DNA of 64,000 bases from Promethearchaeia archaeon (GTDB lineage Archaea > Asgardarchaeota > Lokiarchaeia > Sigyniarchaeales > SOKP01). The DNA is taken from NCBI GenBank assembly GCA_029856145.1, contig JAHQWK010000001.1, positions 465,731 through 529,730 on the forward strand, given 5' to 3'. The notes beneath the pieces are model-generated. The model had not been told where the DNA came from. It worked only from the letters and a program-made list of their open reading frames with translations, and did no database searches. Both the position numbers and the translations under genes were made by a program. This document shows, piece after piece, positions 1 to 8,655 of the stretch. How positions within the stretch are numbered: the stretch's first letter is position 1; each line of letters begins with the position of its first letter.

Positions 1-550
1 CTTGAGAAAAAGATTCAGCGCCTACCGGTAAAACCATAAATTCTTGAATTGATAAATTATTACCCGCGTGTTCACCTCCATTTATGATGTTGCAACACGG
101 AAGGGGAAGTAAATAATCATTTCTAGTTTTATTATATGCTAAATTATAAAGATATTCAAATAAGGGTACTTCAGATAATTGAGATGCTAATCTAGCTATT
201 GCTAATGAAACCGATAATATCGCATTAGCACCTAAGTTTCTCTTATTTTCTGTACCATCTATAGAGATCATTTCTTCATCTATTTTCCCTTGTTCTCTAA
301 CATCAAATCCTATCAATTTTTTACCTAAAATTTCATTTACGTTAGTAACAGCCTTTAACACGTGCTTTCCCATGAATTCCTTTCCCCCGTCTCGCAATTC
401 CAATGCTTCTAACACTCCTGTTGATGCTCCTGAGGGAACAGCAGCTCTTGAATAATATTTTCCAGCAAAAACATCAGACTCAATAGTTGGATTTCCCCGA
501 GAATCTAAAATCCATCTAGATTTAATTTTGGTAATTTTAAAATCAGTCAT
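1..550 (-). CDS. eno: Enolase (phosphopyruvate hydratase), N-terminal ~183 codons; the rest of the gene lies beyond the window start
   Basis: Absent from the ORF track because there is no stop inside the window. Hand translation of the reverse strand from the ATG at 550..548 gives [59 protein letters not shown]. This carries the enolase ILDSRGNPT and SGASTG..EA.ELRD signatures. Confidence 0.88.
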   Translation of the reverse strand, partial: MTDFKITKIKSRWILDSRGNPTIESDVFAGKYYSRAAVPSGASTGVLEALELRDGGKEFMGKHVLKAVTNVNEILGKKLIGFDVREQGKIDEEMISIDGTENKRNLGANAILSVSLAIARLASQLSEVPLFEYLYNLAYNKTRNDYLLPLPCCNIINGGEHAGNNLSIQEFMVLPVGAESFSQ

Positions 551-651
551 ACATATCTTATTGTTTTTTTATGGATATGAATATTAATAAAGAATTAAGA
601 AAATTTAATTCTTAACATAATAATAAAAAATTTAAATCATATCTAAATAGC

Positions 652-1623
652 ATGTCTTTTGAGAATAAGCCTTGGGTTGAGAAATATCGACCAAGAGTAC
701 TGGATGAAATTGTAAACCAGAAGGGAATAATAAGACGTTTAAAGCAATTTGTAAAAGACTTTTCAATGCCTCATCTCATTTTTGCAGGACCAGCTGGAAC
801 AGGGAAAACAACTTCGGCGTTAGCAATGGTAAGAGAATTGTATGGAAGAAAAATGGCTGTTAATAAAACTTATTTAGAATTAAATGCAAGTGATGCTCGC
901 GGTATTGATGTTATAAGAACTTTTATTAAAGATTTTGCACGAGCACGTCCTCCTGCTGATATCGCCTTTAAAGTGCTAATTCTTGACGAAGCTGATAATA
1001 TGACGTCTCCTGCCCTGCAAGCTTTAAGGAGAACAATGGAAAAATATACAAAAAATTGTCGGATGATTTTAATATGCAATTATTCTAATAAAATAATACC
1101 TCCAATTCAATCAAGATGTGTAGTGTTTAGATTTGCTTCTTTAAATAATGATGACATAAAACTTAGAGTAAAATATGTAGCGAAACAAGAAAATATAAGC
1201 TTGACTCCTGGTGGTTTAAATGCGATTGTTGATGTTTCTCGGGGTGATTGTCGAAGAGCAATAAATTATTTACAATCTTGTGGCACAATATCTAAAAATA
1301 TTGATCAAGAGATTGTACTTCGCGTTGCTGGAGAAGTTCCTCCTGAAAAAATAAAAGAAATTTTGAATACGGCATTAGAAGGTCAATTACAATTATCTAT
1401 AAAGCTCCTGAACGATTTAATTAAAGAGTATGGACTTTCTGGACAAAATATCATAAAAAATATATATAAAGAAATTTATGATTTGAAAGTTCGAGAAGAT
1501 ATGAAAATTGAATTAGTAAAATTATTAGCTGAATTTGAATATCGTTTAAGTCAAGGGGGAACAGAGGAAATTCAGCTTCAAGCATTATTAGCTAAAATCG
1601 TCTTGTTGCAAAGCTCTGAATAA
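652..1623 (+). CDS. rfcS: Replication factor C small subunit (clamp-loader AAA+ ATPase)
   Basis: KPWVEKYRP box, Walker A GPAGTGKTT, Walker B ILDEAD, SRC motif (QSRCVVF). Length of 323 aa means no intein. Confidence 0.95.
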   Translation: MSFENKPWVEKYRPRVLDEIVNQKGIIRRLKQFVKDFSMPHLIFAGPAGTGKTTSALAMVRELYGRKMAVNKTYLELNASDARGIDVIRTFIKDFARARPPADIAFKVLILDEADNMTSPALQALRRTMEKYTKNCRMILICNYSNKIIPPIQSRCVVFRFASLNNDDIKLRVKYVAKQENISLTPGGLNAIVDVSRGDCRRAINYLQSCGTISKNIDQEIVLRVAGEVPPEKIKEILNTALEGQLQLSIKLLNDLIKEYGLSGQNIIKNIYKEIYDLKVREDMKIELVKLLAEFEYRLSQGGTEEIQLQALLAKIVLLQSSE

Positions 1624-2436
1624 ATGATATTTCAGATTGTAATCTAACGTTCTCTTACTGAAATATTTATCCATCCTTTCTTTAGATTTTGGGTCTATAA
1701 TAAAATTAATTTTCTCATCAAATTTTATATCCCATAAAATTAATCCTTCCGGATCTGTTGGTTGATAAGAAATTTCTTTTGAAGTATCAAATAAATTTAC
1801 AAAATCCTCATATAATATCTTACCTGTTCCTAATTCTATAATTTTTTTAACCATTCTTCTCACTTGTTGTCTTAGAAATGCTCTACTTTTAAATTGAAGA
1901 ATTATATAATCATTTTGTATTGATAATGTTACCGAATCCATATCTCTTATAGTATTTATTTTATCACCTTCTTTTTTTGAAAAATTAGCAAAATCGTGAT
2001 TTCCTTCTAATTCTTTGCAAGCTTTTTTGATTAAGCGTATATTTATTCCTGAAAATTTTTCAAAGTACGAAATTGGAAAAGGTACTATATAAACATAATG
2101 TCGTAAAACAGCATCACGCCTAGAAGAAAAATCCAATGGCACTTCTGAATAAGCCCAAAAACCTATTTCTTTAGGTAATACACTATTTATCTCCATAAGA
2201 ATTGGATTTTTTTGTGTTATACATGTAAAACACGCTCCTCTCGCAGAAACATATCTATCTGTTCTGCTTGCGAACTCAAACTGTGATTTATCAATATCTT
2301 GAATATAACCTCTGCTTTTTAAAGCTTTTATTACACAATCTTCAATTGTCATAAATCTAGGTTGTCTTTGAGATCCATGATATTCATCTATTCCAATGTA
2401 ATAGATTTTGAAAAGAATTTTAGAGTTTAACATCAC
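1588..2436 (-). CDS. truA: tRNA pseudouridine synthase A (TruA/Pus1 family)
   Basis: N-terminal FKIYYIG..YHGSQRQP and catalytic-Asp motif ASRTDRYVSARG (RTD..V.A), typical TruA size. The 3' end overlaps rfcS convergently by 36 nt. Confidence 0.8.
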   Translation of the reverse strand: MMLNSKILFKIYYIGIDEYHGSQRQPRFMTIEDCVIKALKSRGYIQDIDKSQFEFASRTDRYVSARGACFTCITQKNPILMEINSVLPKEIGFWAYSEVPLDFSSRRDAVLRHYVYIVPFPISYFEKFSGINIRLIKKACKELEGNHDFANFSKKEGDKINTIRDMDSVTLSIQNDYIILQFKSRAFLRQQVRRMVKKIIELGTGKILYEDFVNLFDTSKEISYQPTDPEGLILWDIKFDEKINFIIDPKSKERMDKYFSKRTLDYNLKYHLFRALQQDDFS

Positions 2437-2579
2437 TTATAATATTCTTCTATATTTATCGCATTTTGATTCTTACAAAATGTTGGAATAAATAAATAAA
2501 TTTTAATTTTAAGGATTTTTTTTATATTCAAAATTTAATTATGGTTATTAATTAGTAATATTCTATTTTATGATAAATT

Positions 2580-5500
2580 ATGGTTAAAATCGCCGCTTCA
2601 TTAAGAAATTTCCGTGATCGTATTAAAACATCGATATCGTTGAAAACACGGAACGTTTTATTCTTTTTGGCAATATTCTTAGTTGTATTTCTAGCCATCG
2701 TTATTAGATTAAGCCCCCTTATAAGAGATATTACTTTAATTAAAGGATTTGACCCTTGGATCCAGTGGTATAACGCTGAATATTTAGATACTCATACGCT
2801 ATATGAATATTTCAATTGGAGAGACTTTAAAAGCTGGTATCCAGAGGGATATTTTAGAGGTGGTTTACGACCAGGACTAACATTTACTGTAGTCGTTATT
2901 CATAAGATTTTAAACTTTTTTGGATTACCAATTTCGTTATATGATATATGTTTCTACTTTCCTGCATTTATGGGAGGTATAACTGTATTAACAATTTATT
3001 TTTTAGGTAAAGAAATACTTAATAAGTCAACTGGCTTATTTGCAGCATTTTTCTTAGCTTTTAATCCAGGATACTTACAACGAACCACAGCAGGATTTTT
3101 TGATAATGAAACAATTGGTGTTTTTGCTACCTTAATGATATTCTTGTTTTTTTTAAAAGCTATAAGAACAGGAAAATTTTCACATTCGGTTATTGGTGGT
3201 ATCTTTTTAGGTTATTTATCCTTAAGTTGGGGGGGATATCAATTTGTTTATTTAGTAATTCCTATAATTGCCATTATCTTAATTTTCTCAAATAAATATA
3301 ATGAAAATGTTTTGATGTCTTATGCGGGAGTTCAAGGAACTGGTCTATTGATTTTTTCTTTGTATTCAAAATTTAACCACCAAAATTTATTCTCAAATTT
3401 AGATATAGGAGGTATTTTTTTCTTTACGATCATTTTAGTTTTTTTTCATCTTATTCACACCAAAAAGAATGAGCATCCCAATTTCTATTATCGATTAGTA
3501 AATACAATAAAATGGGGGCTTATACCTGTTATTCTTGTACTTGCCGTAATAATTTGGGTTGCTCCTGCAATTTTACCTTTTGGATTTGGCTCACGATTTT
3601 GGACAATTCTTAATCCTCTGTTCCGTGAAGGAGTAAGTCTTGTTGCTTCAGTAGCAGAGCAAATGCCTAGTGCGTGGAGTGTATTTTATTATAACACATT
3701 AATTCCGTTGGTTCTTATACCATTAGGCATATATTTCTGCTTTAAAAGATTAAATGCAGCAGATATTTTTGTAATTGCATTTATTATATTAATGTATTAT
3801 TTTACGGGAAGTATGATTCGTATAATTTTAATTTTTGCGCCAGCAGCAGCATTGGCGGGAGCATATGGCTTAGCTAGTATATTAAAAATTTTTGGCAGTT
3901 TCGTTGGAGAAAGAAAAGTTGGTGTAAGCAGGAAAAGGAGAAGACAATTAAAAGGAACTTTAGGAAGCTCTGAAGTGTTAGTTGTCTATCTTCTGGTGGG
4001 GGTTTTGTTGTATGCTCAAGTTTCTCATACTACTTTTATAGCAGTCAACCAAATGTCATATGTTCAAATTGTTCCTGGAGGTATTCTTCACGATTGGGAA
4101 GAATCTTTAACATGGATGAGAGATAATTTGAAAGGAACAGATGTAGTGGTTTCATGGTGGGATTATGGTTATTGGCTTACTCCTATAGGTAATGTGACCA
4201 CTGTGAACGATAATGCTACGAAGAATCAAACTAGAATTGGTTTGACAGGAATGGCGTTAATGCAAAATGATGAACTTTATAGCGTTAAAGCATTACGTCG
4301 GCTGGGTGCCGATTATGTATTAGTTTACTGGGGCTTTCTATTAACAGGATTGGGCGGGGACGAGGGCAAGTGGACGTGGATGGTACAGATCTGTAATGAT
4401 AATTATGAAAGATATAAAAAATTAGGATGGGAAGAAGATAATTGGGCAGAAAATGCGGTCTTTGATATGGGCAATTATGTAAATGAAAGCACAGGAGCAG
4501 TGGAAGATGGGTGGTTTGAAAGTCAATTAATTAAGCTTTTGTTTATGGCTGAACCTACCTCCTCTGATGATGTTCAGAACGATCTTCAACGAAATTATTA
4601 CGATGCAATAACTAATCGACGAGATGATGATGGTGATCCATGGATATCTCATATCCCTGATGGAGGGTTTTATGATTCTAAGATATTTATTCCCTCATAT
4701 TTTTCTCTAGCCCATTTAGTAAAGCTGTATAAGGTTGATTATACAATATTAGATTCCCATTTTGCTATTCGAAGCCCAAGAGTTACAGATAGTGGATATG
4801 CTACATTTAAACTAAAAAATACAGGTACAAAAGAATTACTCATTACGCAAGTAGAAATTAATGGATCAAAATTTGATTTTTTCATGGCAGATGATCAAAT
4901 TGAAGAGGGTTCTGAACAATTAGTTTGGGTTAACACAACAAGTGCAAATTTTCAACTAGACGATGTAGTTACAATAAACGTGACTGCTCAATCAGAAGCA
5001 GAATTCCAGAGAAAGTATATTTTTTCCAATGCAACAAGTAATTTCTTCGTTAGAGAAGCACAAGATGGAGAAATTAAAATTGTTAAGGAAAATAGTATAG
5101 TTATTCAAAAAGATTCTTCTACTGTTGATTTATACCTTGAAGTGGAAAATACAGGGGACTCAATTGTTGTTTTAGATAGGTTTTATGTTAATAATGATAT
5201 AATGGAAAATAGGATTGACCAAGAGAAAATCACTTATTCAAGTGGTTCCTCGGTCCTTGAACCCATGGATAAAGCTTCTATTCTGATACAAGATGCTGAT
5301 ATAAGTTTCTTCCCTATCAAAGAATATAATAAGATCGGGGTAGCGACTCCAAACAATATATATGACGAAATATTGTTCACATCAAATGTAGAAAACTATT
5401 CGCTTTCAATTTTGGGTGAGGATCGGATTGCATCTCCTGAAGAATTGGCCATCTTTGACACAAATTTTAGGAAACACATTCCAATTGATTTTAATAATTC

Positions 5501-6458
5501 TTTTGCACATTCATATGATAATGGGACCATCATCTTAAATATAAGGATAAAGAACACAGGAGACATCATATTTGGGTTGGATCAAGTTTATTTGACAGAA
5601 TCTCTAATCGAAGCTGATTTTGATATAAAACCAAAAAATGAAACTTTAAACCCAAAAAGCAATGAGGAACGTTTAATAATAATAGAAATAGACACGGAGG
5701 ATCCCGCTGACGCAAAATATGGACTTACTGGAGATATTAATGAAGAAATATTGGTGTGCATAACTGGAGGTTTTGCAGAATTAGAAACTGTTGCATCGGA
5801 TATTGGATATATACATACTATTAAAAATGAACCAGATATTAAAATAATAAAAGAGGTTCAGGGCGTTGCGTCATCTATTATTCATGCAAATGAAACAGGA
5901 GAACTCTTAATTAAGAATACGGGAAATGAACTAGTAACTCTTGACAATATTTATGTTAATAATACCTTAGTAACTAATACTGAATATACTTATGGTGATT
6001 CTTCATTAGAGATGCAAGAATGTGCGATTGTTACATTTGATATTCCTGGGTTAAAGATAAATAAGTCAGATGAATGCTTTATAAATGTTACAACAACTTC
6101 CTTAGTAGAGGCAAATGAAACTCTCAATGCTTTTGTAGATTCTGGTTATTACAATATTGAAATCGATGATGTTGGAACCTCAGCAATTGATTCAGGAATA
6201 GTAACAATTTTGATAAATAATAATGGATTGTTAAATGTTACACTTGATTCAGTTTACATAAATAATACCTACTTTTCTATAAATGCCTTCACTTCTGATA
6301 ATGGTTATGAAATTGGAGCAGGTGATTCATTAGAATTAACAATAGATATGGCTACAATCGAATCAAAATTTGGAATTATTAATGTTGATGATATTTTAGA
6401 GATTTTGGTCCGCACTTTAGAAGGAGCCGAGGATATTCACGAAGAAATTGTAAAATAA
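2580..6458 (+). CDS. aglB: Oligosaccharyltransferase AglB/STT3 with a ~565-aa C-terminal repeat extension
   Basis: Polytopic N-terminal half. GFFDNETIG matches the eukaryotic STT3 SYDNE box. WWDYGYW lies at 4155..4175. NDNATKNQTRIGLTG and GGDEGKWTWMVQI form a DK-type motif similar to eukaryotic DDINKFLWMVRI. Confidence 0.9.
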   Translation: MVKIAASLRNFRDRIKTSISLKTRNVLFFLAIFLVVFLAIVIRLSPLIRDITLIKGFDPWIQWYNAEYLDTHTLYEYFNWRDFKSWYPEGYFRGGLRPGLTFTVVVIHKILNFFGLPISLYDICFYFPAFMGGITVLTIYFLGKEILNKSTGLFAAFFLAFNPGYLQRTTAGFFDNETIGVFATLMIFLFFLKAIRTGKFSHSVIGGIFLGYLSLSWGGYQFVYLVIPIIAIILIFSNKYNENVLMSYAGVQGTGLLIFSLYSKFNHQNLFSNLDIGGIFFFTIILVFFHLIHTKKNEHPNFYYRLVNTIKWGLIPVILVLAVIIWVAPAILPFGFGSRFWTILNPLFREGVSLVASVAEQMPSAWSVFYYNTLIPLVLIPLGIYFCFKRLNAADIFVIAFIILMYYFTGSMIRIILIFAPAAALAGAYGLASILKIFGSFVGERKVGVSRKRRRQLKGTLGSSEVLVVYLLVGVLLYAQVSHTTFIAVNQMSYVQIVPGGILHDWEESLTWMRDNLKGTDVVVSWWDYGYWLTPIGNVTTVNDNATKNQTRIGLTGMALMQNDELYSVKALRRLGADYVLVYWGFLLTGLGGDEGKWTWMVQICNDNYERYKKLGWEEDNWAENAVFDMGNYVNESTGAVEDGWFESQLIKLLFMAEPTSSDDVQNDLQRNYYDAITNRRDDDGDPWISHIPDGGFYDSKIFIPSYFSLAHLVKLYKVDYTILDSHFAIRSPRVTDSGYATFKLKNTGTKELLITQVEINGSKFDFFMADDQIEEGSEQLVWVNTTSANFQLDDVVTINVTAQSEAEFQRKYIFSNATSNFFVREAQDGEIKIVKENSIVIQKDSSTVDLYLEVENTGDSIVVLDRFYVNNDIMENRIDQEKITYSSGSSVLEPMDKASILIQDADISFFPIKEYNKIGVATPNNIYDEILFTSNVENYSLSILGEDRIASPEELAIFDTNFRKHIPIDFNNSFAHSYDNGTIILNIRIKNTGDIIFGLDQVYLTESLIEADFDIKPKNETLNPKSNEERLIIIEIDTEDPADAKYGLTGDINEEILVCITGGFAELETVASDIGYIHTIKNEPDIKIIKEVQGVASSIIHANETGELLIKNTGNELVTLDNIYVNNTLVTNTEYTYGDSSLEMQECAIVTFDIPGLKINKSDECFINVTTTSLVEANETLNAFVDSGYYNIEIDDVGTSAIDSGIVTILINNNGLLNVTLDSVYINNTYFSINAFTSDNGYEIGAGDSLELTIDMATIESKFGIINVDDILEILVRTLEGAEDIHEEIVK
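4761..6455 (+). repeat. Five divergent tandem protein-domain repeats (~105-130 aa each) inside the aglB 3' region
   Basis: Recurring motif h-x-h-x-N-[TN]-G-x(4-5)-h-x-L-[DT]-x-h-Y-h-N: FKLKNTGTKELLITQVEING (~4806), LEVENTGDSIVVLDRFYVNN (~5140), IRIKNTGDIIFGLDQVYLTE (~5545), LLIKNTGNELVTLDNIYVNN (~5905), ILINNNGLLNVTLDSVYINN (~6210). Confidence 0.7.
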
Positions 6459-6477
6459 ACAATATTAAATACAAAAC

Positions 6478-6485
6478 TTTTTTTT
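6478..6485 (+). terminator. Oligo-T tract (T8) downstream of the aglB stop; candidate archaeal intrinsic terminator
   Basis: acaaaacTTTTTTTTcatt lies 20 nt after the TAA at 6456..6458. Archaeal RNAP terminates at oligo-T runs. Confidence 0.45.
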
Positions 6486-6601
6486 CATTATCTAACTTTA
6501 GTAAAAATCATAAGATAATGTTTCATTAGAATACCTATAGACTTATCTTGTATATAATGACTTAAATTTATTTATAATATTATATAAAAATAATTTGTTT
6601 A

Positions 6602-8614
6602 ATGTACATGAACGTTAGCTTTAAATTACAGACTGGTTACGAACCTGCTGGAGATCAACCTTTAGCTATCTCCACGCTTGCTAATAATATTAAAGATGGG
6701 AAACAATATAATACTCTATTAGGGGCGACAGGCACTGGAAAAACTTTTTCAATAGCAAATATAATTCAAGAAATTCAGAAACCAACTTTAGTAATGGCAC
6801 CAAATAAAACATTAGCCGCTCAGTTATATAATGAATTAAAGGAGCTATTTCCTCATAATGCAGTTCATTATTTCGTGTCTTATTACGATTATTACCAGCC
6901 AGAGGCATATATGCCAATTTCTGGGTTATATATAGAAAAAGATTTTAGTGTTAATGAAGAAATTGAACGATTACGACTTGCAGCGGCTCATGCTGTAAGA
7001 ACTCGGAGAGATGTAATTGTAGTTGCCACAGTGTCCTGTATCTATGGACTAGGTAATCCAATTTTGTGGGAAAAAATAGCTCTCTCACTCGAAGTAGGCA
7101 CGCACATAGAACGTTCTGAGATTTTGAAGAAACTTATAAAAATGAATTATGAGCGAAATGATATTGAATTTAAACCAGGAATTGTACGAGTAAAAGGAGA
7201 TATTATCGATATTTACCCCGCTTATCTAACTAATGCTGTAAGAATTTCTTTATTTGGCGACGAAATTGAATCCATAACAGAAATTCATCCAATATCTAAT
7301 AATCCAACAAACAAAGTACCAAATTATAGAGTATTCCCTGCAACGCATTTTATAATTCCCGATGAAAATAAAGTAAGAGCTCTTGAGTTAATAAGAGATG
7401 AACTGGAAGAACGTATCAAATTTTTTAAAAATCAGAAAAAGTATGCTGAAGCCCAATGGATTGAGAGGAGAGTTAAATTTGATTTAGAAATGATGAAAGA
7501 GATGGGGTGGTGTAAAGGTGTAGAGAATTATTCAAGACATTTGGATGGTAGGCCTTCAGGTACCCCCCCTATGACTTTAGTAGATTATTTTCCAAATGAA
7601 TTTTTGATAGTTGTTGATGAATCTCATATAACAATACCACAAATCCATGGAATGATCGGTGGAGATCGTTCTCGTAAAAAAAATCTTATAGATTTTGGAT
7701 GGCGTTTGCCTAGTGCCTATGATAATAGACCTCTTACATTTGAAGAATGGGAAAACAAAATAAATAACATAATTTTTATGAGTGCTACACCAGGAAATTA
7801 TGAGTTAGAAAAAAGCGGTGGAGTTTCTGCTGAGCAAATAATTCGACCAACGGGTCTTGTTGATCCAATGGTAGAAATAAGACCAGCTAAGAATCAAATA
7901 GACGATCTATTAGGCGAGATTAGAAAAACCATTAATAACGGTGGTAGAACTCTTATAACTACTCTTACAAAGAGAATGTCTGAAGATATTGCTGAGTATT
8001 ATAATGAATTAGGATTGAAAATAACTTATTTGCATTCGGAAGTTGATACAATTGAAAGATTTGAAATCTTACGCCAGTTGAGAGACGGGACTTTTGATGT
8101 TTTAGTAGGTATTAATCTTTTAAGGGAAGGTTTAGATCTGCCTGAAGTTCAATTAGTTGCGATTTTAGATGCGGATAAACTTGGATTTTTAAGAGATACT
8201 CGATCATTAATTCAAACTATTGGTAGAGCTTCTAGAAATGTTGATGGAAAAGCAATATTATATGCAGATAGGATGTCACCATCAATGAAAGCAGCGATAG
8301 ATGAGACAAATAGGAGAAGAAATAAACAAATTAATTATAATGAAGAGAATAATATTACTCCTCAAACAATTAAGAAAAATATCTTACAATCTCTTTCAGA
8401 AGAACAGGAATTTAAAGGCAGGGAAGTTAAAAAATTAAAACAAACTGTTAAAGATAAAATAAAGCAATTAGAAGCAGAAGGAGATCTAGATATTGTAATT
8501 CAATATTTAGAGGATAAAATGTTCATGGCAGCGAAAGAACTTAGATTTGAAGATGCTGCTTATTTAAGGGATAAAATCAAGGACATAAAGGAAACAAACA
8601 AAATAAAAGCGTGA
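6602..8614 (+). CDS. uvrB: Excinuclease ABC subunit B (UvrB)
   Basis: FKLQTGYEPAGDQP N-terminus, Walker A GATGTGKTF, DESH box (VVDESHITIPQ), helicase motifs, and C-terminal UVR domain (FEDAAYLRDKI). An alternative ATG lies at 6608. Confidence 0.97.
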   Translation: MYMNVSFKLQTGYEPAGDQPLAISTLANNIKDGKQYNTLLGATGTGKTFSIANIIQEIQKPTLVMAPNKTLAAQLYNELKELFPHNAVHYFVSYYDYYQPEAYMPISGLYIEKDFSVNEEIERLRLAAAHAVRTRRDVIVVATVSCIYGLGNPILWEKIALSLEVGTHIERSEILKKLIKMNYERNDIEFKPGIVRVKGDIIDIYPAYLTNAVRISLFGDEIESITEIHPISNNPTNKVPNYRVFPATHFIIPDENKVRALELIRDELEERIKFFKNQKKYAEAQWIERRVKFDLEMMKEMGWCKGVENYSRHLDGRPSGTPPMTLVDYFPNEFLIVVDESHITIPQIHGMIGGDRSRKKNLIDFGWRLPSAYDNRPLTFEEWENKINNIIFMSATPGNYELEKSGGVSAEQIIRPTGLVDPMVEIRPAKNQIDDLLGEIRKTINNGGRTLITTLTKRMSEDIAEYYNELGLKITYLHSEVDTIERFEILRQLRDGTFDVLVGINLLREGLDLPEVQLVAILDADKLGFLRDTRSLIQTIGRASRNVDGKAILYADRMSPSMKAAIDETNRRRNKQINYNEENNITPQTIKKNILQSLSEEQEFKGREVKKLKQTVKDKIKQLEAEGDLDIVIQYLEDKMFMAAKELRFEDAAYLRDKIKDIKETNKIKA

Positions 8615-8655
8615 AATTTTTCTAATACCTTTAATTGAAAAAGATAGAATATAGA

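Noticed and set aside
1588-1623. A 36-nt convergent overlap of the rfcS and truA 3' ends, and a 4-nt convergent overlap at 55117..55120, as possible antisense regulation
   Set aside because: Short convergent overlaps are common in compact archaeal genomes. The truA C-terminal residues in the overlap are not obviously conserved. There is no further evidence.
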